Origin: Camelus ferus
Taxonomy: Eukaryota
Assembly (NCBI RefSeq): GCF_009834535.1
Contig: NC_045697.1
Location: 101,124,001 to 101,188,000 of the forward strand
DNA length: 64,000 nucleotides
Direction: 5' to 3'
Part shown: positions 52,785 to 64,000 of the stretch, one piece after another
Layout of the letters: each line of letters starts with the position of its first letter
How positions within the stretch are numbered: the first letter of the stretch is position 1
Translations under genes and position numbers: made by a program
Notes under the pieces: model-generated
Told to the model about the DNA's origin: nothing
Databases searched by the model: none
The model's input: the letters and a program-made list of their open reading frames with translations, nothing else

Positions 52785-52962
52785 AGTTGCTCTGGCCTAG
52801 GTGAGCCACACCTCCCCCATATCTACATTTGTAACTTCACGTCAGGGACTTGAAATCAGCCACAGTTGGAGTATTTAAACCTGGAAAACGCGCAAATACT
52901 AAAAATCAGGACTTCTTCTTTAGTTTTGTTATTTAGAGAGCCAGCTTACCAGCACATCACTG
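52785..52962. mobile_element. MER63-like hAT-Blackjack element
   Basis: cttgaaatcagccacagttggagtatttaaacc...gcaaatactaaaaatcagg...gagagccagcttaccagcacatcactg. Confidence 0.7.
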
Positions 52963-53361
52963 CCCTAGAGGGACAAGTTCAAGACACTTATGAACCATGA
53001 CTCCAAAAGAAGAAACAATTTAGAGGAGGTCTACTAAAGAAAATATAAGGAAGATGATGTTAGAGCTCAACTGTGTCTATATTAGATGTTGTCTAGTTAG
53101 ACGACAAAATACTTCTGAAATAATGTTATGCCACTCAGGGAGGTGAAGATAAATAAAATGTACATAAATATGAGATGCTTTTGGTATTTGTGGAAATGGG
53201 TGGCTGTATATTTCTCACTACAGGAGCCCCTCTATTGAAAAAATTCAGAGGGGTATGATAGAAAAACAAATGCCTGGACCAAAATTAAAAAGAAAGAAGA
53301 TACTCAGATGCAGCAAACCCATGAAGTAGAGAACAAAAGGGGTCAATGTAAGAAGCATATC

Positions 53362-55125
53362 TGAAAACAATGAAATTGATAAAAGAACCTGAAGATGACA
53401 CAAATAAATGGAAAGATATACAATGCTCATGGACTGGAAGAATTAATACTGTTAAAACGTCCATACTACCCAAAATTCAATGCAATCCTTACCAAAATAC
53501 CCATGGTATTTTTCACAAAACTAGAACAAATAATCCCCAAATTTGTATGGAACCACAAAAGACTCTGAACAGCCAAAGCAAACTGAGAAAGAAGAACAAA
53601 CTTGGAGGTATCACATGCCCTGATTTCAAACTACACAACAAAGCTATAGTAATCAAAATGGTATGGTACTGGCAAAAAAAACAGAAAAAATGCAACAGAA
53701 TAGCCCAGAAAGAAACCCATGCTTACATGCTCAATCAATCTATGACAAGAATACACAATGGGGAAAAGACAATCTTTTCAATAAATGATGTTGGAAAAAT
53801 TGGACAGCTACATGTAAAAGAATGATATTAGACCATTTTCTTACACCATATACAAAAATAACTAAAAATGGATTAAAGACTTAAATGTAAGACCTACAAC
53901 TATAAAATGCCTAGAAGAAAACATAGGAAGTATGCTCTTTGACATTAGTCTTAGCAATATTTTTTGGTTATGTCTCATCAGGAAAAGGAACAAAACCAAA
54001 AACAAACAAACGGGACTACATCAAACTGAATATCTCTTGCACAGCAAAGAGAATTATCAATGAAATGAAAAGGCACCTACTGAATGGGAGAAGATCTTTG
54101 CAAATGATATTTCTGATAATGGGCTAATATCCAAAATATATAAAGAACTCATACAATTCAATACCAAAAAAAAAAAAAAAACCCCACAAAAAACTCCAAT
54201 TAAAAAATGGGCAGAGAATCTGAATAGACATTTTTTCCAATGAAGACACAGGTGGCCAACGAGCACATGAAAAAAGTCTCAACATCCCTAATCTTTAGTG
54301 AAATGTAAATCAAAACCACAATGAGATATCACCTCACACTTGTCAGAATGGCTATGGTCAAAAAGACAACAAATAATAACAAGTGTGGGTAAGGACATGG
54401 AGAAAAAGTAACCCTAGTGCACTGCTGATAGGAATGTAAACTGGCACAGATACTACGGAAAATAGTATGGAGACTCCTAAAAAAATTAAAAATAGATGAT
54501 CCAGCAATTCCACTTCTGGGTATATTTCCAAAGGAAATAAACACTAATTTGAAAAGAGATATGCAATGTTTATTATAGTATTATTTACAATAACAAAGAT
54601 ATGAAAGCAACTTGTGTCTATTTATAGACAAATGGATAAAGAAGATATGGTCTGATGGTGTAAATAGAATGGAATATTACTCAGCCATAAAAAGCATGAA
54701 ATCTTGCCATTTGCAACAATATGGATGGACCCAGAAGGTTTTATGCTTAGTGTAATAAGACAGAAAAAGACAAATTATGTGTTCAGTTATGTGAAATACG
54801 CCCCCCCAAATAACAACGAATATAACAAAACAGAAACAGACTGATAAATATAGAGAACAAACTAGTCATTGCTGGGCAGGAGAAGGGGTGGAGAGATGGG
54901 TAAAATAGGTGAAGGGGAATAAAAGGTACAAATTTCCAGTTATAAAATAAATAGAATTTACAGAATAATGTGGTCAATAATATTATAATAACTTTTTATG
55001 GTGACAGGTAATAACTAGACTTATAGTAGAGATCATATCATAATGTGTAAAAATATTGAATCACTATGTTGTACACCTGAAACTAATATAAATTTGTAAG
55101 CGAATTATGCTTCAATAAAAAATAA
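53362..55125 (+). mobile_element. 5'-truncated L1 (ORF2 C-terminal part and 3'UTR), disrupted
   Basis: ORF 53370-53825 reads [31 protein letters not shown]...[23 protein letters not shown] (L1 ORF2). The 3'UTR ends ttcaataaaaaa. Confidence 0.95.
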
Positions 55126-55465
55126 GCAGATTAACTGTTTAATCCTCATCTGACCCTTCTCTAAAGTGGGATGTATGAATACTAGAGGCAGATCATTCTC
55201 CTTTAGAAAAGCATGAGTCAGAAGGAAATATTTCTATTGCCCCTAAAGAGATGAAACTTACTAAGGCCTGAAAAGTGTGAAAAGGGAGATTAGGGAAAAA
55301 AAGTTGTCAGGCAGAACATATGGTCATCATTAGGCTATTCCAAGGAGAGAGACAGCCAACACAAACACTAAGGAATCAACTCTGTTCAAACTTCTGAGTG
55401 GACCCCTCTAGCTGAGACAGAACAGAATGAGAAGTGAAGGGAAGAGAAATTTGGAAGTTTAATTT

Positions 55466-55539
55466 CTTTGGGCTTTATCTTTAGATATAACTTCTCCTTT
55501 AGGTATAACTTCTCCTTTGGGCTTTATCTTTAGATATAA
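55466..55539 (+). repeat. Compound short duplication (A-B-C-B'-C-A-B)
   Basis: ctttgggctttat ctttagatataa cttctc ctttaggtataa cttctc ctttgggctttat ctttagatataa. Confidence 0.85.
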
Positions 55540-55671
55540 AATTAAAAAAAAATAATTTATTGACATTGTATTATCATTGGAGCATCTTTAAGTTGTTATG
55601 TTATAATTGCATAACTTCTGATGAAACCTATTAGACATGTAGTTAGGTGTAGTTTGGAATGAGAAATTAAC

Positions 55672-56190
55672 ATGAGCGGATGAAGAAGATGTGGTGTGTG
55701 TATATATATATACATATGGAATACATGTGTATGTATATATGCAATGGAATACTGTAAAAAAACAGAAATTTTGCCTTTTGCAGCAACATGGATGGACTTG
55801 GAGAGCGTTATGCTAAGTGAAATAAGTCAGACAGAGGAAGACAACTACTGTATGATTTCACTTATATGTGAAATCTAAAAAATGCAACAAACTAGTGAAT
55901 ACAACAGAAAAGAAGGAGACTCACAGATAGAGAATAAACTAGTGGATACCAGTGGGGAGAGGGAAGCAGGGAATGGTATTATAAGGGTGGGGGAGTGGGA
56001 AGTACAAACTCGTGGGTATAGGATGAGCTACAAGGATCATGCACAAGGAGCTTGTACAACACGGGGAATATAGCCAATATTTTACAATAACTATAAATGG
56101 GGTATAGACTTTACAAATATGAATTGCTATATTGTACACTTGTAACATATAATATTGTACAGCAACTATACTTCAAAAAATAAAATAAGA
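55672..56190 (+). mobile_element. L1 3'UTR fragment
   Basis: ggatgaagaagatgtgg...gcagcaacatggatggacttggag...caactatacttcaaaaaataaaataa. Confidence 0.9.
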
Positions 56191-56287
56191 TAGTCCAAAA
56201 AAATGAAGAATAGTTTTGTCTTAGGGTATAGCAAAGTCCTGGACTTCACTAAGGCACTATCCTATCCTATTCCAGTGCACTCTAGAG

Positions 56288-56496
56288 AGATGATGTCCAA
56301 CAGATGGTATTTCACTGATGCAAATATGCTCTAACATTTCTGCCCTAGAGTGCGTCCACTAGCTACACCTGGCTATTGAGCATTTGAAATGTGCCCAGTG
56401 TTACTAAGAAACTGAATTTTTATTTAATCTGATTTTAGTTAATTTGAACTTAAATAGCCACATGTGGCTAGTGGCTACCATATTGGGCAATGCAGC
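56288..56496. mobile_element. MER3-like hAT-Charlie element
   Basis: ccactagctacacctggctattgagcatttgaaatgtg...aaatagccacatgtggctagtggctaccatattggg. Confidence 0.8.
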
Positions 56497-56813
56497 TTTA
56501 GAAGTAAAAACTAAACTTCCCACCAGATATGCAAATGATCAGTGTCATTCTCAACTTTATAAGTAAAGAGCAGGACATCCTGGAAATCAGTGTTCTCCAT
56601 AAGAGCCAGGCTTAACACTGGTGAGACATGGGGTTGATTGTTAGACCAGATAGGTTAAGAAAACAAAGAGAACCTGGCTGCCATGGGGCAGAGCTTCCAT
56701 TTCTTAGGATGCTATTTCTGATACAGTTACACTAGGGTAACACTCCTGCCCTTCTCCCTCCTCACCGGCTTGGACTTCTCACTTTGTTTTGAATCAGAAA
56801 AAATTGTATATTC

Positions 56814-57280
56814 TTTTTTTTAAATTGAAGTATAGTTGATTTACAATGTTGTGTTAGTTTCTGGTGTACAGCATAGTGATTCAGTTATACATACATATAT
56901 ATTCTGTTTCAGATTCTTTTTCATTATAGGTTACTACAAAGATATTGAATATAGTTCCCTGTGCTATACAGTAGGACCTTGTTGTTCATCTATTTTATAT
57001 AAAGTGGTTAAAATTGCAAATCCTAGACTCCTAATTTATCCATCCTCCTTTTCCCTTTGGTAACCATAAGTTTGTTTTCTATGTCTGTGAGTCTGTTTTT
57101 GTTTTGTAAATAAGCTCATTTGTGCTTTTTTTTTTTTTTTTTTTTTTGGTTCCAAGTATAAGTGATCTCATATGATATTTGTCTTTCTCTGTCTGACTTA
57201 TTTCACTTAGTATGATCATCTCTAGGTCCATCCATGTTGCTGCAAATGGCATCATTTCATTCTTTTTTCCTGAGTAGGAA
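56814..57280 (-). mobile_element. L1 3'UTR fragment, same sense as INPP4B
   Basis: tttttttaaattgaagtatagttgatttacaatgttgtg...ctctaggtccatccatgttgctgcaaatggc. Confidence 0.9.
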
Positions 57281-57799
57281 ACTGCATTCTTTCTGTTCCC
57301 TACCTTGTGGTAAACCTATCATAGTGGGCTCTGCCCTTAGGGAAGGACTGCATTTATCCATCTCTATCTGCCTGGGTGTCTCAGTTTACTTCCAGAGTGA
57401 AATATCAGAAGCTCAGTGTGGCATCAAGTATGGCCTATTATCCAATCAAGCTATTATTAGTAATAAAACTGTTATTTAAAGATTTTTAATTTAAAGCTCC
57501 ATATGTCTGATTTCCATGTCTACTAATAAGTTCCTTCCAAAACATGGAGGGAAAAGAAAAGTGATTTATTGGCCAGGCCCTCTCTTCAGAAATTCAACAG
57601 TCAGTATTTCTGATGATTGAATGGCTTCAAAAATAAGAGGTAGAATGTGTCTCTGTGGTGGACTTTCTTTTTTCTGAGATCACTTGAATGATACTTTTAG
57701 ACACATATAGAAGCTCTGCAGGTATCAGTTTGTATTAAGGCAGCCATGAACCAAAGGAATAAATCATATGAAAGTGTTTTGCACTGAGATCAAAGCCTT

Positions 57800-58035
57800 T
57801 TCTGACCTTCTTGAGTTGGTCTAACCCCACAGTATTTGCTTTCATAGCATCTAGTACTTCTCCTTTATGACACATCGTATCTTAATTTGTGCAATTCATT
57901 AGTGAAGAGCTTGCAATTCCCACTAGATTGTAAGCTTCATAAGGAAAGGGACTGTGAATATCTTTTAATCATCATTTTATTTCTAGCACTTGGAATAATG
58001 ACCGGCACATAGATGATACACTCCATAAATAAATA
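57800..58035 (+). mobile_element. L2 3' end
   Basis: cccactagattgtaagcttcataaggaaaggg...ggcacatagatgatacactccataaat. Confidence 0.65.
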
Positions 58036-58191
58036 ATGCCATATTTTATTTAATGACATAAAAGATTATCTGCAGTAGCAGCAGAGATTGTGATGCAAAT
58101 TTAATTTTGGGCTTCTTTTATGCATAGTCCCCAGAAATAAGGTTCATGCCAAAAGAGAACTCTTTTTTTTTTCAAAAAAGCTTCAGTTATC

Positions 58192-58560
58192 TTTTTTTTT
58201 TTTATTGAAGTACAGCCAATTACAATGTGTCAATTTCTGGTGTGCAGCACAATGTCCCAGTCTTGCATATACATATATATTCATCTTCATATTTTTTTCA
58301 TTAAAGGTTATTACAAGATATTGAGCACTGTTCCTTGTGCTATACAAAAGAAACTATTTTTAAAATCTATTTTTATATATAGTGGCCAACATTTGTAAAT
58401 ATCAAACTCCCAAATTTATCCCCTCCCACCCCTTTTCCCCGGTAACCATAAGATTGTTTACTAAGTCTTTTTCTGTTTTGTAGATGAGTTCATAGTGTCT
58501 TTTTTTTTTTTTTTTAGATTCCACATATGAGTGATATAATATGGTATTTCTCTTTCTGTT
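58192..58560 (-). mobile_element. L1 3'UTR fragment, same sense as INPP4B
   Basis: tttttttattgaagtacagccaattacaatgtgtc...ttagattccacatatgagtgatataatatggtattt. Confidence 0.9.
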
Positions 58561-60389
58561 TTTTCTTTTTTTTTTTTATCATTTTCCCAAAGTACCTCCT
58601 CCTTATGGCATTCTTTGCGTTAATAAGAGCAAAGGTGAATGAGATCTCTCTGTGAATGGATATTACTAACGAACTTAAGAAGCAGTGATACCTGATACTC
58701 AGATTTAGGTTTCCATTTTTGCATCATAGTTCCCTAGGTGTTAGTCAAATTTGTAAACTTGAAATCTTGTGCTTTAGGAACTAATGTAGCACCTGTGTGT
58801 TTATTTTATCACATTGGAAAGCAAGGAGCTAAGACAGGATTAATGCAATTATCAGAGGCAGTGAGATGGTGTAAAGTGATGAACAGCAACCAGAATAGGT
58901 TTGTGGAATTCAAGAACATTCACTGCAGATTCTCAGAAATTCTTGAGGAGGAACCTAGATTTCCTGCCATTGTACAGAATGAGGATCCAAGATTATTACT
59001 ACTTAGATATTTAAGGAAAATGTGATACTGAAAAGATAACCTACCCATAGAACCCAGGGCTCAAAATTAATTAGAAAGAGCTGGAATGGGGGCTGGAAAT
59101 CTTATTGCTTGGGAACATGGATCTCAGTTTATAAGAACTAGAGAATGTTGTACAACACAAAAGCGTTATTGTAAAAATATTAGAACATTTTTCCTGTCCT
59201 AGAACACCATGTACAGTGCTCATAACTATATTTTAAGGATATTTAAAACTTTAGAAGACCCAGAAAACAGCACCTAAAGCCATCAGGTGAATGAAGTATG
59301 AGAGCTGCCCTATACAGTCTGATTAAAGTAGAAAACTTTGAAAACAGACGCTGAGGAATAACATCAACATAAAAATGAGCATCTTAAAAATCAACATAAA
59401 GTACAAATTTAATATAGATTTGTTCAACAAATTTCAAAGTATTAGAGTAGAGAAATATGCTTTGAGGAAATAAAATCATCAGTATTTTAATAACACCAAT
59501 TTAGAAAGACACTCTGGAAATACATATCTGACAAGAATTTGTCAAATTTTTGAAAAAACTTAGCCATTGACAGATATTAAAGGAAAACCTGGATATAATC
59601 TATTTTTAGGGTTGAAAGCCACAACTTCTAATAGCCATACCTTGAGGTATTCAGTGGCAATCAAACATTTGAATTAGAAAGGCCTGAGTACAGAACCAAT
59701 TAAATTCCAGAATACTTTGAAAAAGGCAATTTAAACAATAATTGAGATCTAACTGTCTGAAAGAAAACATCTACACATTAAGGAATTCCTCAGAAAAAGT
59801 AGGGGTCTCATATTTAGTTTTTGATTAATAAGGATGTCTATGTTTAAAACACCTGTGCAGTCAAGGGGGGACTACAGTCACCAGAATGCTAACTTGTCAC
59901 CTGGGGGCTAATGCAGAGATACTTGACGACTCATCAGAGCATCCTCGTTCTGTATGGATTTAAGGAAATTAGTCTGCTTTCTAGGGAATGTAAATGCTTT
60001 CAGAGAAGGCATGCACAAATACATTTTTTTTTGACCCGACACTAAGAGAGATATAAGTTACTTTGATAGAGAAGAATTCAATCTTAGACCAGAAAGCTGA
60101 GAGAAGAGAACAAAGCAATCGGAAAGCAGGAGGGGTCTCAATCTTCATTCAAGTGTTTTTAGGGACATCTCATTGGAGTGGACATTTTCTCATTAAAGAA
60201 ACCAAAAAAAAACCAGACAAAAACCTTAGGTATTTAACTTTCAGACTGAGAGTCTGCTGTATTTCTCAGCTACAGAAACCAGTAAATAATAATACTCGTT
60301 TAAAAAAAAGGTCTTTTCCAAAACCTGAGTTTATGTAAATACCATGTAGATCAATACTCCTTTGTCAGCTAAGAAGAAAAATAATTCTT

Positions 60390-60645
60390 TTTCATAACAT
60401 AGTTCAGAGACATTATCTCATTTGATCTTCAGGACATTCCTAGAATAATTAAGAACAGGTATTATGATTTCTATTTCACAGAAGTAGGAACTCCAGCTTT
60501 AAGAGCTAGTAAATGTATCAATAGCTGCCTACTTAATAACATCCAGTGCGTGAACCGGTTTAATTAGGGGTTCAGCCAGATAGGTGAAGAAACTGGCATT
60601 TGATTGAATCTGTCTGATTCTAAACCCATGCCCATAACCCACTAT
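60390..60645. mobile_element. MIR fragment
   Basis: attatctcatttgatcttcaggaca...ggtattatgatttctatttcacagaagtagg...tctgtctgattctaaaccc. Confidence 0.6.
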
Positions 60646-60767
60646 ATTTTAATTTTCTTGTCTAAGGTGACATGCACTGACTACTAGAACTAACAATTAA
60701 ACCCCCAAACTAGTGTTCTCCTAGTTAGACAAATTGCCTCCTATATCCATCCACAGCTAAACAGCAG

Positions 60768-61150
60768 TGTGAGGGAGGCTGACACTGGATAGACATTCAC
60801 CAAACCCTTTTCCCTCTGCTCCTAAGCACATGCCTAGACTACACTTCCGAGCCTTCTGGGCAATTAGTTGTGGCCCTGGGACTGCGATCTGCCTGATGGA
60901 GTGTGGACGGATGTTCTGTACGCTTCATCCAGACCTGGCCGGTAGAATCCTCCTCCACTGACCTCCCCTATTCTCCCTCCCTCTCCACCAGCTGACGAGG
61001 AAGGTAGAAGTAGGGCAGACCCACAAGAGGAAGGATCCTGGATCCCTCTGTCATCATACTATACTTCTACCGACCAGGAGTGGCCAAACTGAAATTTATG
61101 TGAACAAGGAATACACTTATATGTCAATAAGCTACTAAGATTGTGGAATT
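60768..61150 (+). mobile_element. MLT1-type MaLR LTR
   Basis: ctagactacacttcc...gcaattagttgtggcc...ggatcctggatcc...tgtgaacaaggaatacactt...taagctactaagatt. Confidence 0.7.
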
Positions 61151-64000
61151 TCCAGAGTGGTTGAAACATTTCATACTCCCTCCTGCAAAGTATGAGAATT
61201 CTACTTGCTTCACATTGTTCTCAGTGTATGGTATTATTAGTCTTTCTAGCCTTAGACATTCAGTCCATGTGTAGAGATAATCCTGGTGTTAGATTTTCAG
61301 TACACAGGTAGTAATAATCATGGCTTTAATGTGCATTTTCCTGATGACTAGTAATTTAAAGTATTTTCCATGTCTACCACTGATTTGTTACATGTTCATT
61401 TGAGACTATTCCAGTCTTTCCCCCATTTTTATCTTTTTGTTATTGTGTGACAGGAGTGTTTAAATTCTGGATATGATCTTTTGTCAAATGTATTTTTATT
61501 GGAATCCTTTTTGGTCAGGAATATTTTCTTCCTAACTCTGGCTTGCCACTTCATTTTCCTAATGGTATCTTTCAAAAAGGAGAAGTTTTACATAGTTATA
61601 AATTCCAAGGATCAGTTTTTCTTTTTATGGCTTGTGCTTTTCTTTTCTTTTTTTTTTTTTTTACCATGTATTACAGATCATTTCCTGCACAAGTTCTTGA
61701 GAATAGTCTATTTTGTTTGCTTTTAGACAGTTTATATTTAATGCTTGCAATTTGGAATATAGTTCATCTCGTGAGAGTAAGAGCTGGTGTTCATTTTGTT
61801 ACAAGGATTCATCCAATTCCAGCAACATTTATTGCGAAGAATGTCCTCAAGGATTGCCTTGGTGCCTATATAAAAATCAATTGGTCATTACATGTAGATC
61901 TATTTCTGGACACTCTATTTTGTCCCATTGACCATTTGTCTTGATTTATGCCAGCACAACACTGTCTAGATTACAACAGCATTGCAGCAACTCTTGAAAT
62001 TAGGAAATATAAATCCCCTAACTTCATTATTTTTTCAAGATGTTGTCTATTCTAGGTTTTGTGTGTTTCCATATAATTTTAGTATTAAATTGTCAATTTC
62101 TATCCCTAAAGAATTTGCTGGGATTTTCATTGGAATTACATTGAATTTATAGATCAATTTTGGGAGAATTGACATTTTATTAAAATGGAGTTACTTAATC
62201 CATAAACATGGGTTAAAAACCCTCTTTAAATCCTCTAAGCAAATTTTATAATTTTCATTGTAGAAGTATTGCACAAGTTTTATTAAATCTCTCTGATTAT
62301 TTTACAGTTAGGGGATGGTTTTATAAATAATGTATCTAAAATGAATTTTCTATTATGCTGTACACCAGAAATTGATACAAAATTGTAAACTGACTTTACT
62401 TCAATAAAAAAAGAATTTTCTGATTATTTCTGTATCTGTATAGAAATAGATTTCTGTAAAACTGGCCTTTACTCTATGGTATTTTTAAATTTACTTATTA
62501 TTTCTAGTAGTTCCATTTTAGATTTGTCAAAATTTCCTACATACATATATCCTCTGTGAGTAATGACAGTTTTAACTATTCCTTTGAATTGTTATGACTT
62601 TTATCTCTCCCTCTCTTGTCTTTTCATAATGACTAGGACCTGCAGTCCAATTTTGAAAAAAAATCAGACACTTTGCTGATTCCTGATCTTAACTAGAAAG
62701 CATTCAGAATTTCACCATTAAGAATGATGTTTTCTGCAGAGATTTTACCATGAATGAGTGAATTTTTCAAATGCTTATTCTGTATCCATTGAGTTGGCAA
62801 TATAATTTCTTCCTTTCTCCTGCTAATGTAGTACAATATAAGATTACTTCTTGAATGTTAAGCCAATCTTGCATTCCTGGGATAAACTCCAAATGCTCAT
62901 GATAAATTATCCTTCTTTATATAATGGAATTGCTTTGCCAATATTTTGTTAAGGATTTCCCATCTCTGCTCATAAGGGATAACGGAATGTATTTTCTCCT
63001 AATGTCTCTAACTTTGGAATCATGATGTAATAAAGTTGGTTGTGAAGTGCTCATTCCTCTTATATTTTAAGAAAGTTTGTATCACATTGAAATTTGTCCC
63101 TCCTTAAATATATGATAGAATTTGTCAGTGAAGCCACACTGGCCTGGAGATTTCTCTATGAGGAAGTTCTGAATTACAAATGTAATTTGTTTCCCAGATA
63201 CAAGACTGCTCATATCTTTTATTTTTTCTCATGTAAGTTTTGGTTAAGTTGGGATTTTTAAGGACATTCATTTCATCCAAATCATAGAATTTATTGGCTT
63301 ATGTGTTTCAGTTTTTATATCCCCTTTTATTTCTCTTAATATCTTTAGGATATGTCATATATGCCTCTCTTTCAAATCCAGTATTGGTAATTCGTACTTC
63401 CTCTTTTCTTGATTAGTCTTGCTAGGAGTTTATCAACTTGATTAATCCTTTGGAAAAAACTACTTCTCGCCTTTTAACTTTTTGTCTTTTTTTATTTCAC
63501 TGATTTGTGTTTATTATTTCCTTTCTTCAGACTTACCTGACTTTAATTTTCTCTCCCTTTTCTAGTTTCTTAATGTGAAAACTTAGGTCACTGACTTTAA
63601 GTGTTTCTTCTTTCTTAATATAAACATTTAAAACTGTTCATTTGTTTCCAAACACTGCTCCAACTGCATCTCACAAATTTTAATGTGTGTGGTTTTGTTT
63701 TTATTTAAATTAAAGCATTTTCTAATTTTCCCTGGAAATTCTTCTTTGACCCATGAGTACCTTAAGTTGTGTTATTTAATTCCCAAACATTTGGTCAGTT
63801 TTCAGGTAACTTCTTTTTTTTACTAATTTAATCCTTGTCATCAGAGAAAGTACTCTGTAGAATGTCGATCTTTTGAAAGCTATTGGAACTTCTTTTCTGA
63901 TTCAGCACATGGTCTGTTTTGGCGAGGGCTCGGTAAGTACTGGAGAAGTGTGTGCTCTGCAGATGCTGAGAAAGGTATTCTACAAATAAAATTAGATCAA
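61150..64000 (-). mobile_element. Old L1M ORF2 fragment running off the window end
   Basis: ttttcctgatgactagt, tatttctggacactctattttgtcccattg, ttgggagaattgacat, ttgcattcctgggataaa, gctgcatctcacaaattt. Confidence 0.85.
62356..62412 (+). mobile_element. ~55-bp extreme 3' end of a younger L1, inserted in the old L1
   Basis: tgctgtacaccagaaattgatacaaaattgtaaactgactttacttcaataaaaaaa, flanked by gaattttctattat / gaattttctgattat. Confidence 0.75.

Noticed and set aside
53370..53825. 151-aa ORF with reverse-transcriptase-protein-like words
   Set aside because: Frameshifted fragment of L1 ORF2 in a 5'-truncated element, not a gene or retron-like system.
1..64000. CRISPR array, operon or other prokaryotic-type system
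   Set aside because: No repeat-spacer array and no gene-dense region; the sequence is mammalian intron throughout.

Overview
Mammalian genomic DNA: AT-rich, CpG-depleted and repeat-rich, not prokaryotic. Two tRNA-derived SINEs resembling Vic-1, with no Alu, Bov-tA, PRE1 or Can-SINE seen, point to a camelid. The window lies inside INPP4B (inositol polyphosphate-4-phosphatase type II B) on the minus strand. I can place the start-codon exon (CDS 20920..20830, [30 protein letters not shown]), the next 45-nt coding exon (18438..18394, SIQKSPNEPQLEFIL) and a probable 66-nt 5'UTR exon (42468..42403). None of these is in the ORF track. The rest is intron containing L1, L2, MIR, hAT DNA-transposon and LTR relics, and the listed ORFs are repeat-derived or chance frames. 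I see no sign of a new multi-gene system. The best leads are a candidate poison or intronic-polyA exon (16328..~16250), an ERV1 solo LTR with 4-bp TSD between the first two coding exons, an AP-1/ETS motif cluster (2.6-5 kb), a perfect 19-bp hairpin (1556-1603), a twin-primed L1 with TSDs, a tail-less internally primed L1, and an old ~160-bp local duplication. Repeat family names come from recalled consensus sequences and repeat boundaries are approximate.
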